A stretch of 64,000 nt of DNA, from assembly GCA_949287395.1 (NCBI GenBank), contig CASEFZ010000058.1:510-64509 (forward strand), in the 5' to 3' direction. Positions 28,101 to 36,372 of the stretch are shown one piece after another. The number at the start of each line of letters is the position of its first letter. The stretch's first letter is position 1. The stretch comes from an uncultured Verrucomicrobiota bacterium. Its GTDB lineage: Bacteria; Verrucomicrobiota; Verrucomicrobiia; Opitutales; Intestinicryptomonadaceae. The notes beneath the pieces are model-generated. The model was not told the origin of the DNA and did not search any database. It saw nothing but the letters and a program-made list of their open reading frames with translations. The position numbers and the translations under genes were made by a program.

Positions 28101-29356
28101 TTGTGGCGAGTTATAGAAGTGTTCCCCTGCCAATTGGCCGGCAAACCCTTCGCTATCGTCTTCGGATCCCTCTTAATTACAACCCACTCGTTGTCCCCAA
28201 TGAGCGGATTGTTTTTCAACAAGGCATCGGTAGCCCACTTCTGCAACTCCTCGCCCTGCCTGAGCAGATCGCGGTTGGATATGTGCTTATCCTTGCCTAT
28301 GGCGTCCCTCAGTGCCTTGACCTTCTTCTCCCAAGCGGGAAATTCGCTAAGCACCTTCTTGTCAAACTTCGGATTGTTCTTCGACAAATCCTTCAACGCC
28401 GCCAAGACATTCTCGGGCTTATACCAAATCACGTTGTCCTTGACAGACTCTTCCATAAGGGTCTGCGCAAGACGAATCCTCTCCACGGAAGCTTTGTGGC
28501 TCTTGTTCCCCTTCAGCTTCGCGTACTCCTTCTCTATCTGGCCGGCCGAGTACAAACCCCTGCGGGGTATGTAGCTCTCCATAACTTCGTCCATCTGCTC
28601 CTCGTTTGAGGGAGAATTCAACATCGACGGTATCTGCGAGGTTATAGGCCAGTTCTCATGGCAATATATCCCGTGCTTGTTCAAGAAAGCCTCAGACAAG
28701 GGAATTGCTATGTCGGCATACGGCGCAAACTGAAAATCGTTGCGGCGCTTGCCGCCGGCAGACTCCATTCTAACAACCAGCCTGTTGATACCCTTTTTCA
28801 ACTTGAGCTCTACAATGTCCGGGCGCTTCGACCTGCCATTGTATATCATCTCGCCATTGAGGTAGATTTTGTGCTTCTTCGGCAGTATTGTAAAATACAC
28901 CGTCTGATCCTTAGAAGACTCTATCTCCCTGTATATAAAGCTGGCTATGTTGTGGTATATCCAATCGTTGACGCGCAAATTCATCAGCACGCCGTCCGGA
29001 ATGTCGTAATTCATCCACAGCCTGATGTTGTCAAATGCCGCCTTCTTGTCCAAAGGATGCTTCGTAGGATCTATCCCGTCAACAACGTCCCTGAACCTCT
29101 TGCGGTCTACAGCCTTGCTAACCCACCACGGCCCGAATTTCATGGTCTTCTTGACCTCGGCTAGCTGCCCCGCCTTCCACTTGGAATACGCCTTATACAC
29201 CTTGTCGTAACTATCCGACATTGTGGCGCCACTGTTCGCATTGAACAGCTCATTAGCAGTTCTTTTGGCCTGCTCAGCCACGGCGTTCGCGTCCGCCCAC
29301 ACAACGTTAACCGCCGCGCAAGCCGCCATCGCCAATAACATTGTCAGCTTTTTCAT
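25184..29356 (-). CDS. Giant exported multidomain protein: N-terminal beta-sandwich-like region, beta-propeller-like region, two CxxCH motifs, C-terminal FGE-sulfatase (SUMF1/EgtB/PvdO-type) domain
   Basis: Signal peptide MKKLTMLLAMAACAAVNVVWA from ATG 29356. CVGCH is at 26777-26791 and 26627-26641, the second in the context FIRDVQPVLDKYCVGCHDG. The C-terminal FGE-sulfatase region is at about 25297-26075 (FYIGQFEVTNKQY, RITWNEANEFCDWL, LPTEEQWEYAARAG, NPFGLYDVNGNVSEWT, RGGSWRD, VGFRVV). Confidence 0.85.
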   Translation of the reverse strand: MKKLTMLLAMAACAAVNVVWADANAVAEQAKRTANELFNANSGATMSDSYDKVYKAYSKWKAGQLAEVKKTMKFGPWWVSKAVDRKRFRDVVDGIDPTKHPLDKKAAFDNIRLWMNYDIPDGVLMNLRVNDWIYHNIASFIYREIESSKDQTVYFTILPKKHKIYLNGEMIYNGRSKRPDIVELKLKKGINRLVVRMESAGGKRRNDFQFAPYADIAIPLSEAFLNKHGIYCHENWPITSQIPSMLNSPSNEEQMDEVMESYIPRRGLYSAGQIEKEYAKLKGNKSHKASVERIRLAQTLMEESVKDNVIWYKPENVLAALKDLSKNNPKFDKKVLSEFPAWEKKVKALRDAIGKDKHISNRDLLRQGEELQKWATDALLKNNPLIGDNEWVVIKRDPKTIAKGLPANWQGNTSITRHKHSHKDELCTVKVGDPSSLKSVLADKNYNVIADLDVDYDGKKVMFSTIDEKNRWQLCEIAPSTKKVSNVSPRIHDGVDAYDGIYLPNGKVMFLSTACHVGVPCVGGSDYVANLYTMDPKAGDEKAVDATIRQLTYEQDADWMPVVLENGRILYTRWEYVDNSHYFSRIVMHMNPDGTAQSAFYGSTSYWPNSLFYCRQIPGDPNKFVGIVSGHHGIARAGELHLFDVSKGTKEDQGRVHRYPNFGREYVARTLDELVADAHPLFLHPYPLSEKYIMASMRPNGKNYGIYLVDAFDNMVPVLVSKDADFFEPMPLAARKKPNEIMDKTDPDLDYGYVFLNDIYKGEGLKDVPRGAVKSLRVIEYFYAYRNMGSHDVVSNEGSWDIKRIHGTVPVEPDGSALFKIPANRPMAIQPLDKDGKALALMRTWFTVMPGETQSCVGCHESQGMTPSTAPAMASRKPPSEIKEFIGPVRGYSFIRDVQPVLDKYCVGCHDGSTPGRPVFARDAKPTWHNFPRAYLDLNKFCRRSGPECNQNMLVPMEFNADTSTLMHLLKKGHQGVKLDKQSMDILITWMDLNVPCIGTWQEVADFTRADKKVPGNGDTERMKFLAKYANRHDDPNKIVYDGGKQEFVKPGEPKAHKTAVPKASGYPMTAKEAMQKRDAANLPKELLVDMGKGVAMRLTLVPAGEYVQGSNKGFYDEGPAKLTKIEKPFYIGQFEVTNKQYSMFDPKHNSGYQDRLWKDHVNRGYPANLPNQPVIRITWNEANEFCDWLSKKAGIKVTLPTEEQWEYAARAGSDKDFWFGNVGDNYSPFDNLCDFTTRQFVVNGIDPQPVMRPNPEMAFLPCDKDVDDGNLLATDIGQYVPNPFGLYDVNGNVSEWTSSDYTDTLGGNKVEDKKVVRGGSWRDRAKWSRVSIRRDYHPWQKVYNVGFRVVVDDAAAAAKLFKSAQPLPEKEVVFRKPLEDRYVKPTAKR

Positions 29357-29436
29357 AAGTCTTAATCGATTAAAAATTCTCCCCTTAACTACAATATCGA
29401 AAACAAACTTAACCCTATAAGGGAAAGCGCAAAAAT

Positions 29437-30318
29437 TTACTTTTTCGCGCTGAGGTCGCAATACATCTGGTAGGCGTCCTCCGGCTTCATGAAGTCGTGG
29501 ACAACACCGCGCACCGCCTGAATCATCGCGGCCGGATTCTCAGACTGGAAAATGTTCCTGCCCATGTCAACGCCGCGCGCGCCGCTGGATATGGCCTTGT
29601 ACGCCAATTCAAGAGCCTCCTTCTCCGGCAGCTTCTTCCCGCCCGCTATCACGATAGGAACAGGACAACCGGCCACAACCTTCTCAAAGCCCTCCTCGCA
29701 GTAGTAAGTCTTGACAAACGTAGCCCCGTTTTCGGCGCAGACACGCGTCGCCAAGCCCAAGTAGCGCGCGTCACGAACAAGATTCTTTCCAACCGCCGTC
29801 ACGCCTAAAGTGGGAATCGAATAACGCGCAGTATAGTCAACACACGCCGCAAGATTCGCAACAGTTTTGCCCTCGTGGTCGGGGTCCCCTATGGCTACCA
29901 TCGGCGCAAGCGCGCAAGCGTCCAGCTTTATCGCCTCCTCTATGCCGCACAAAACCTCGTCGTTAAGCGACGTCAATATAGTGGAACCCGCGCTGAAGCG
30001 CAAAGCCAAAGCCTTGCCCTCGGTTGCAGGTATGCAGCTTTTCAATATCCCGCGCGTGCACATTATGCAATCGGCATATTTGACCAAAGGCGCAATGGTC
30101 AGATCTATGCGTTCCAACCCGCTTGTCGGCCCCATTATGTACCCGTGGTCGAACGCCAACATGACCGTATTGCCGCTCTTCTGGTTGAATATGCGGGACA
30201 TCCTGTACTTGATTCCCCAATCGGCATTCGCAAGCCCCTTCAAAAAGAATGTTTCCTCTCCGGAAACTTTACCCAATCCGTAATCGGATGCCTCTCTGAA
30301 ACCTTCCATGTCTGGCAT
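29437..30318 (-). CDS. Class I aldolase of the DhnA/FbaB/LsrF (DeoC-like) family
   Basis: 293 aa. FDHGYIMGP, ATFVKTYY (candidate Schiff-base Lys), PIVIAGGKK and GVDMGRNIFQ fit the family pattern. Confidence 0.8.
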   Translation of the reverse strand: MPDMEGFREASDYGLGKVSGEETFFLKGLANADWGIKYRMSRIFNQKSGNTVMLAFDHGYIMGPTSGLERIDLTIAPLVKYADCIMCTRGILKSCIPATEGKALALRFSAGSTILTSLNDEVLCGIEEAIKLDACALAPMVAIGDPDHEGKTVANLAACVDYTARYSIPTLGVTAVGKNLVRDARYLGLATRVCAENGATFVKTYYCEEGFEKVVAGCPVPIVIAGGKKLPEKEALELAYKAISSGARGVDMGRNIFQSENPAAMIQAVRGVVHDFMKPEDAYQMYCDLSAKK

Positions 30319-30344
30319 AATATGTATCTCCTTATCCTTAAAAA

Positions 30345-30968
30345 TTACTGTTTTGAAAATTCCCTGGCAAAAGCCGCAAAAATCATGGCGTCGCTCGTGG
30401 CGCCCGCATCTTTTGAACCCACGGACTTGTCCCCGAGATTGCGCGCCCTTCCATACTTGGCCTTCAGGCCCACCGTGCTCTCGGCGCCAGCTGCGGCAGC
30501 CGCTGCGGCAGCGTTAAAAAGCTCGGCCACATCGGCTTTGCCCTTCATGGCCTCCACCGCGGGAATCAACGCGTCCATGAGGGTCTTGTCGCCAACGCGC
30601 GCGCCGGTGTTCGCCTCAACAGACTCAAGCCCCTTGGCAAAGGCCTTGGCAACCTGGTCGGCGTCAAGCTCTTCCGCCCCGGCGTCTATGCCGTCGGATA
30701 TCCCCATCAACAGCGAACCAAACAGCGTGCTCGTGGAGCCGTTGGAATGCGACATCGACGCAAACCCCGCGTCAAACAGCGCCCCCTTCAAATCTCCGCC
30801 GCCGGCAAGCGCCTCGTTGGCCGCACATATGGCGCCCTTTATCGCCGTGCCGTGGTCGCCGTCGCCGCAAACAGCGTCGAGAGCCGAAAGCTCCTTCTCG
30901 GCCGCCGTTATGTCGGCAGCCGCCGCCGCAAACATTTTCCTCAATTTTTCAAGGTTTAATTTCTGCAT
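30345..30968 (-). CDS. dhaL: Dihydroxyacetone kinase, L (nucleotide-binding) subunit
   Basis: 207 aa with the CGDGDHGT motif and an all-helical DAK2 pattern. Confidence 0.9.
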   Translation of the reverse strand: MQKLNLEKLRKMFAAAAADITAAEKELSALDAVCGDGDHGTAIKGAICAANEALAGGGDLKGALFDAGFASMSHSNGSTSTLFGSLLMGISDGIDAGAEELDADQVAKAFAKGLESVEANTGARVGDKTLMDALIPAVEAMKGKADVAELFNAAAAAAAAGAESTVGLKAKYGRARNLGDKSVGSKDAGATSDAMIFAAFAREFSKQ

Positions 30969-31039
30969 CTTATTCCCGAATTTTTAAACGTGCCGCACAA
31001 AGTACCACACGCCGCGCTCATTAGTCAAAGAATTTTATG

Positions 31040-32044
31040 CTACCCTAAGCACGTCCAATACGGCGCATTCGACCTTGCCTTCAACAGAGCCTTACTGCAC
31101 TCGTCCACAACGCACAATATCATCTGAAAGCCGGCCATCTCCTGAACGGTCAAAATCTCGTCTATTATGCCGCCGGCAACTTTCACGCCCATCTTGTCGG
31201 CAAGCTTCGCCACGGCCCTGAATACTATGGACAACTCCATCGGAGTGCTGGCACCCGTCCCGTTTATTATGGCAAAAATTTCCTCTCCAGACTTCAAATC
31301 CAAAGCCTTGGCCAAATTGCCAAACATTATCTCTGCGGTCTCGTCGGCGCTCAAAATCTTCGAACGGCCGCCGCCGCCTTCGCCGTGCTGCCCCATGCCT
31401 ATTTCCATCTCGTCCTCGGCAAGCTCAGATATGGTTGCGCCGTTTTGCGGATGCGTGCAGCCGGTCATCGCCACTGCAAGGGTGGCTATCCTCTTGTTGA
31501 ATTTGTCCGCTATCTCAAAAACTTCGTCCAGGCTCTTGCCGGCCTCGGCCGCGGCTCCAGCAACCTTTATGAGCGGTATGCAGCCGGCCAGACCGCGGCG
31601 GTCCTTGAGGGGCGCGTCAAGCCCGGCGCTGATGTCGTCGCAAACAAGTATGCTCTTTACTTTTATTCCCTCGCGCTCCGCCATCTTCATGGCCATGTTG
31701 CTGCTCATGACGTCGCCGGCGTGGTTTAAGACTACCAAAAGTATCCCGGCATCGCGCTTGAACATCTTCAGGCCGTTGAGCAGCGATATCGCGTTCGGGG
31801 CGGCAAAAATGTCGCCAACCACACTCGCGTCAAGCATGCCCTCGCCCACAAAGCCGCTCAAAGCCGGCTCGTGCCCGGCGCCGCCGAGAGTTATAACGGC
31901 CACTTTGTCTGCGCTCTTCGGCTGCGCCCTTACAACAATCTTGCCGTCCTCAAGCTTTATCTTGTCGCTGTAGGCAGCCGCCATCCCCTCCAACAACTCC
32001 TGTGTGAGATCCTCGGGCTTATTGATAAACTTCTTCATTTTCAT
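31040..32044 (-). CDS. dhaK: Dihydroxyacetone kinase, K (substrate-binding) subunit
   Basis: 334 aa. MKKFINKPEDL...GGAGHEPA... is the DAK1 pattern. A good SD (AGAGGA) lies 7 nt upstream of the ATG. Confidence 0.9.
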   Translation of the reverse strand: MKMKKFINKPEDLTQELLEGMAAAYSDKIKLEDGKIVVRAQPKSADKVAVITLGGAGHEPALSGFVGEGMLDASVVGDIFAAPNAISLLNGLKMFKRDAGILLVVLNHAGDVMSSNMAMKMAEREGIKVKSILVCDDISAGLDAPLKDRRGLAGCIPLIKVAGAAAEAGKSLDEVFEIADKFNKRIATLAVAMTGCTHPQNGATISELAEDEMEIGMGQHGEGGGGRSKILSADETAEIMFGNLAKALDLKSGEEIFAIINGTGASTPMELSIVFRAVAKLADKMGVKVAGGIIDEILTVQEMAGFQMILCVVDECSKALLKARSNAPYWTCLG

Positions 32045-32306
32045 GCTCGTGTCCTCTTTTGTCTGTTCTTTATATCTATATAAAAACCACCTCGACGCCG
32101 GCGCACCAAGCCCGAAATATCCGCGCTGCGCGCCATCCAGGCAGACGTCCGCGCGTTCCCCAACGCGCCAAAACGTGCGCCCCTTTTTCGGAATAATCCT
32201 TCAATCCCCCAAAATGTCAACTTTATTTGAATTTTTTTAGTCCCAGCAATCTCGAAAGAATAAAAGTCTTGCCAAGTTTACAACCAGCATTTTTCATAGC
32301 CTACCG

Positions 32307-33239
32307 ATGCTTAGGAAAACTTTTTTTAAAATTGTCTGTTCGGCTGCGGCGTCACTCTTAATTTCAGCGCAGCTGTTTTCAGGAGAGCTGAAGGTTCTGA
32401 CTGTGGGCAACAGCTTTGCGCACAGCTTAAACTCGCACTTGGTAAAGGTGGTAAACTCGGTTCCCGGGTGCTCCATAAAGCTTGCCTATGCCAACCTTCC
32501 GGGGTGTTCCCTCAAGAGGCACTGGGAAAACGTCCTGAAAGAGGAGGCCGACGAAAACGCAAAATTTTACGGGAAAGCCATGGGACAGCCCGCCGTATAT
32601 AAACTGCGCGACATCCTAAAGTCTGACAAATGGGATATTGTCACCATACAACAGGCAAGCCCGTTCAGCTGGAAAGCCAATTCATTCCAGCCGTACGCCG
32701 ACAAGCTGATAGGGTACATACGCAATTACGCCCCAACCGCCGAAATTGTCATACAGCAAACCTGGGCCTACCGCAAAGACGCCCCGGCACTGAAAGATTG
32801 GGGCATAACGCAAAAACAGATGTATTCGGCTCTGGAGAAAAATTACAGAACCCTTGCAGAGCACAAGAACTTGCGCGTTATACCGATGGGATTGGCCGTA
32901 GAGCTTGGAAGGGCTGAACAGCCGGAAAATTGCCTGCCCTACGACAAAGTTGCCCTCTCGGAGCTGGTTCCGCCCGACCTTCCCTCGCGGGCGAATCTTC
33001 TTGTGGGAAATTCGTACTGGAGAAAGAACAAGAGCGGAGATTTATGGCTGGCGCACGACTATATCCACCTGAGCCCGAGGGGGGAATACATGCAGGCCTG
33101 CCTGTGGTTTGCCTTCCTGTTCAATAAGAAAACTGCGGAAATAACCTATGTGCCCGATTCCATAGGCAAAAGCGACGCCATTTGGATGCGCGCAAAAGCC
33201 CAAGAGGCTTTGGATTCATACAAACAGGTGGAAAATTAG
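32307..33239 (+). CDS. DUF4886 / SGNH-hydrolase-like secreted protein
   Basis: Signal peptide, then LKVLTVGNSFAHS and a later DYIHLS pattern as in DUF4886 / GDSL-like proteins. Confidence 0.75.
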   Translation: MLRKTFFKIVCSAAASLLISAQLFSGELKVLTVGNSFAHSLNSHLVKVVNSVPGCSIKLAYANLPGCSLKRHWENVLKEEADENAKFYGKAMGQPAVYKLRDILKSDKWDIVTIQQASPFSWKANSFQPYADKLIGYIRNYAPTAEIVIQQTWAYRKDAPALKDWGITQKQMYSALEKNYRTLAEHKNLRVIPMGLAVELGRAEQPENCLPYDKVALSELVPPDLPSRANLLVGNSYWRKNKSGDLWLAHDYIHLSPRGEYMQACLWFAFLFNKKTAEITYVPDSIGKSDAIWMRAKAQEALDSYKQVEN

Positions 33240-33299
33240 GATTCGGCCGCATATTTGCAAATCTCGCCTATTAATTATTTAGGAAGGCGGGAACAATAG

Positions 33300-33327
33300 A
33301 AGGGTTTCCGGCAGGAAGCCCTTGTTT
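33300..33327 (+). terminator. Intrinsic terminator candidate after the DUF4886 gene
   Basis: 10-bp stem (AAGGGTTTCC / GGAAGCCCTT, one G:U) with loop GGCA, followed by a T-rich tail GTTTGCGTT. Confidence 0.6.
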
Positions 33328-33740
33328 GCGTTGAACCTTGAGGGAAATATCAGTTTGCTTATTGCAGGCCTCTTTGTTTGAAAGCATAGGGCGGAAGATT
33401 TTTGTGCTACCCATGCAAAAAGCCGCATTTGTGATGCCCCGAGTGCGAAATTAAAGATTGCCCCCCAAAAAATTTATCCCAACGCCGCGGTTCAACGGGG
33501 AATAGAAGGCTGCCCAATTTACGGAGAATGACGGCCTACTTCAAGAAGTCAATCCTTGCAAAAAAATAAACACGGGGAATTTCTCGCAAACCCAAACAAC
33601 GCCGCATTTGGGAATGCGCCGCACCAGCCCAACCGCCATTTCTGCGCGCTTGCAAAAATCCCCGAAAGACTCTTGCGCAGGCCGTTTTTACAAAAGTTGC
33701 AAAATGCCAACCACACCCCCGCTGCCCGCCAATGCCGCAC

Positions 33741-33766
33741 AAAAAAGGTGCGCACGCATGCGCACC
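33741..33766 (-). terminator. Rho-independent terminator after the 238-aa lipoprotein gene
   Basis: Minus strand: 8-bp stem GGTGCGCA/TGCGCACC with a 4-nt loop, followed by T6. It lies 33 nt after the stop at 33799. Confidence 0.8.
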
Positions 33767-33798
33767 CAAATGAAGGCCGATAAGCCCACCAGCCCTGG

Positions 33799-34515
33799 CT
33801 ACTTTGAGGCGGCAGACCCAGTTGCGGGAGCCGATGTAGCCCCATTGGCCGCGCCCTGCCCCTGTCCGGAAGCTTCCTGGGCTGGCTTGTACTGCTTTTC
33901 AACTTTTATGTGCGCAAACGGATTCTCTTCAGCCTTGCGCTTTTTCTCCCTCTCTTCCCTGTAGATTTGCAGGCGCGACGGATATTTTTCCGGAGGGAAA
34001 TACTCCAAACACCAGCGCACTTGCTCCTTCACCCTGCTTGCAGTTGCATTTTGCCTGTCCATGTTTATGGGCGAAAAACCGCGCCAAACCCAGTCTTCGC
34101 GGCTGGGCAGATATGCCTGGATTTCAAGTGTCGCGTAATATTGCGAGTTCTGCATGTAGTAGCCATTGAACACCATCATAGACTCTGTCGTCCCGTTGTA
34201 GAAGGGATTGTTTGTCATAGGGTCTTTCAGAGAGAAATTCCATATCGGAACGAACACTATTTGGGCGTCGGCCTTATTTGCCACAATCTGGTAGCCGCGC
34301 TCCTTCAAAAACTCCGCAATATCGGACGCCACAACACTGTTTATTTCCGCCGGATTCATGTAGTAAGACATGTTTTGCATGGAGTTCGACGGCATTTCCA
34401 CGTATATGCGGTTCAAATTAGCAAAAGAAACGCCTTCTTTAAGCTCTTGGGTAACTCCGCAAGCCGACAAAAGCGGCAACATTGCCAAACTAAGCAAATT
34501 TAAAATAGTTTTCAT
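33799..34515 (-). CDS. Lipoprotein of unknown function with Lys/Glu-rich and Gly/Ala-rich C-terminal tail
   Basis: MKTILNLLSLAMLPLLSAC is a lipobox signal. 238 aa. I cannot assign a family motif with confidence. Confidence 0.65.
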   Translation of the reverse strand: MKTILNLLSLAMLPLLSACGVTQELKEGVSFANLNRIYVEMPSNSMQNMSYYMNPAEINSVVASDIAEFLKERGYQIVANKADAQIVFVPIWNFSLKDPMTNNPFYNGTTESMMVFNGYYMQNSQYYATLEIQAYLPSREDWVWRGFSPINMDRQNATASRVKEQVRWCLEYFPPEKYPSRLQIYREEREKKRKAEENPFAHIKVEKQYKPAQEASGQGQGAANGATSAPATGSAASK

Positions 34516-34623
34516 ACGCTCAACTTCTATTTTGTACTTTCAATTTTTCAACAAAATATATATCAGTGACGGATAAAAAGCATTAGCTGCGCAACTTCGA
34601 AAAAATACGGCGCGCGCAAATTA

Positions 34624-35463
34624 GTGTTGAAACAAAGGTTTGATTCGCGCAAAAAGATGCTGCAGACAATTATGGACACCATCAAAGTTTCGGAAGAGAC
34701 AATTTTCGGAAGCGTTTCAAAGCAGGCGGCGGAAATAAGCCAGACCGATCCGCTCCTGAAGCGCCTAATGGAGGAAGTGGTACTTTCACGCCAAAATCTG
34801 TGGGAAGTGCTGGCGGCGCGCATATCCAGAAAACTGGGCGTTGGCGCCATAGACGAAAGCGAAATATACCAGATGTTCCTGCAAACCTTCCTGAAAGACG
34901 AATCTATGCGTGACAAAATTTTGCGCGATATATCCGCAATAAAGTACAGAGACCCCGCGTGTTCGTCCTACATAGATCCAATCATGTATTTTAAGGGGTT
35001 CCACGCAATAACCACACACAGGGTGTCGCACGCGCTTTGGAATGTCGGAATGCGCCACTCGGCCTACTATTTGCAAAGCTTGGCAAGCGACGTATTCGGG
35101 GTTGACATACACCCGGCGGCGAAGTTCGGGGGCGGAATATTGCTCGACCACGCAACGTCCTTTGTAGCCGGAGAGACTAGTGTTGTTGACGACAATGTTT
35201 CCATACTGCACGAGGTCACCCTTGGCGGCACCGGGAACGAAACGGGAGACAGGCACCCGAAGGTGCAGTCTGGGGTTTTGATAGGCGCAGGCGCGAAGCT
35301 CATAGGCAACATAACCATTGGAAAATGCGCGAAGATAGGCGCCGGAAGCGTTGTTCTTGACGATGTTCCGCCGCACACGACGGTTGCGGGGGTTCCGGCA
35401 AGGCCAATAAGCCCCACAGCAGATTCCGAGCCCGCCCTGGAGATGAACCAAAAATTGGACTGA
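34624..35463 (+). CDS. cysE: Serine O-acetyltransferase
   Basis: SATase N-terminal helical region, then hexapeptide repeats (DIHPAAKFGGGILLDHATSFVAGETSVV...GDRHPKVQSGVLIGAGAKLIGNITIG). GTG at 34624; alternative ATG at 34657. Confidence 0.9.
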   Translation: MLKQRFDSRKKMLQTIMDTIKVSEETIFGSVSKQAAEISQTDPLLKRLMEEVVLSRQNLWEVLAARISRKLGVGAIDESEIYQMFLQTFLKDESMRDKILRDISAIKYRDPACSSYIDPIMYFKGFHAITTHRVSHALWNVGMRHSAYYLQSLASDVFGVDIHPAAKFGGGILLDHATSFVAGETSVVDDNVSILHEVTLGGTGNETGDRHPKVQSGVLIGAGAKLIGNITIGKCAKIGAGSVVLDDVPPHTTVAGVPARPISPTADSEPALEMNQKLD

Positions 35464-35715
35464 CCCGGCGCGGCAGTGTTCTTTCAAACGGGTCCTGCGG
35501 GCAATCCGCCGCATGGCGGTGCATGGCATCGCCGCAAAAAATGCTTGTGCCTCCGGCGCAACTTGTCCATGGCGGATGGCGGGTTGCGCCATACGGTGCC
35601 AGGCGGCGCTCAAAAGCAGAAAAGGTCGCATTTTTCCGCCCGGGTTAAAAGACGGGCGGGCGAAAACCTCAACACATAAAAAATCGATTCCACCGAGAAC
35701 AAAAGGACATTCCCA

Positions 35716-36372
35716 ATGAAAAAAGCTACACTCACAATCGCCTGTGCGCTCTGCGCCGCCGCGCTTGCGCTCCAGGCCGGCGAAACCCGCGAGACGAAAA
35801 CCGAGGAACTCTTCAACGGGAAAGATTTATCCGGCTGGAATTTCAAGCTGGAGGACAACTCAGACGCCGGCGAGGTGTTCGGCGTGGAGAACGGAACCAT
35901 ACGCGTGCGCGGAAAACCATTCGGGTACATGTACACAAAGAAGGAGTATTCAAACTTCAGGCTGCATGTTGAATGGAAATATCCCAACGAGCGCGGCAAC
36001 AGCGGCATATTCGTCTTTGTGCAGGAACCCGCCGCGGTGTGGCCAAATGCCGTAGAGTGCCAGCTATTTAAGGACAGGGCCGGAGATTTCGTCCTGTTGG
36101 GCGGCTCCGACGTGAAAGAATTCCAGATGCCTGCCTCCGGAAAGCGTCCAAAATTTCCGGTCGTAAAAAAGCTTTCAGACATCGACGACTGCCCCGCAAA
36201 AGAGTGGAACAGCGCCGACATAATTTGCAAAGACGGCAAGATCACCGTGTACATAAATGGGGTTTTAAAAAATGTCGGCCATAGCGTTGGGCATAAAAGC
36301 GGACACATAGGCCTGCAAAGCGAGGGCGAACTGATTCTTTTTAGAAACGTGCGCCTTACCCCCTTGGAGTAA
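35716..36372 (+). CDS. DUF1080 (3-keto-disaccharide hydrolase-like) secreted protein
   Basis: Signal peptide, then LFNGKDLSGWN, NSGIFV and GHIGLQSEGELILFRNVRL, which are hallmark DUF1080 strings. AAGGA SD upstream. Confidence 0.8.
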   Translation: MKKATLTIACALCAAALALQAGETRETKTEELFNGKDLSGWNFKLEDNSDAGEVFGVENGTIRVRGKPFGYMYTKKEYSNFRLHVEWKYPNERGNSGIFVFVQEPAAVWPNAVECQLFKDRAGDFVLLGGSDVKEFQMPASGKRPKFPVVKKLSDIDDCPAKEWNSADIICKDGKITVYINGVLKNVGHSVGHKSGHIGLQSEGELILFRNVRLTPLE

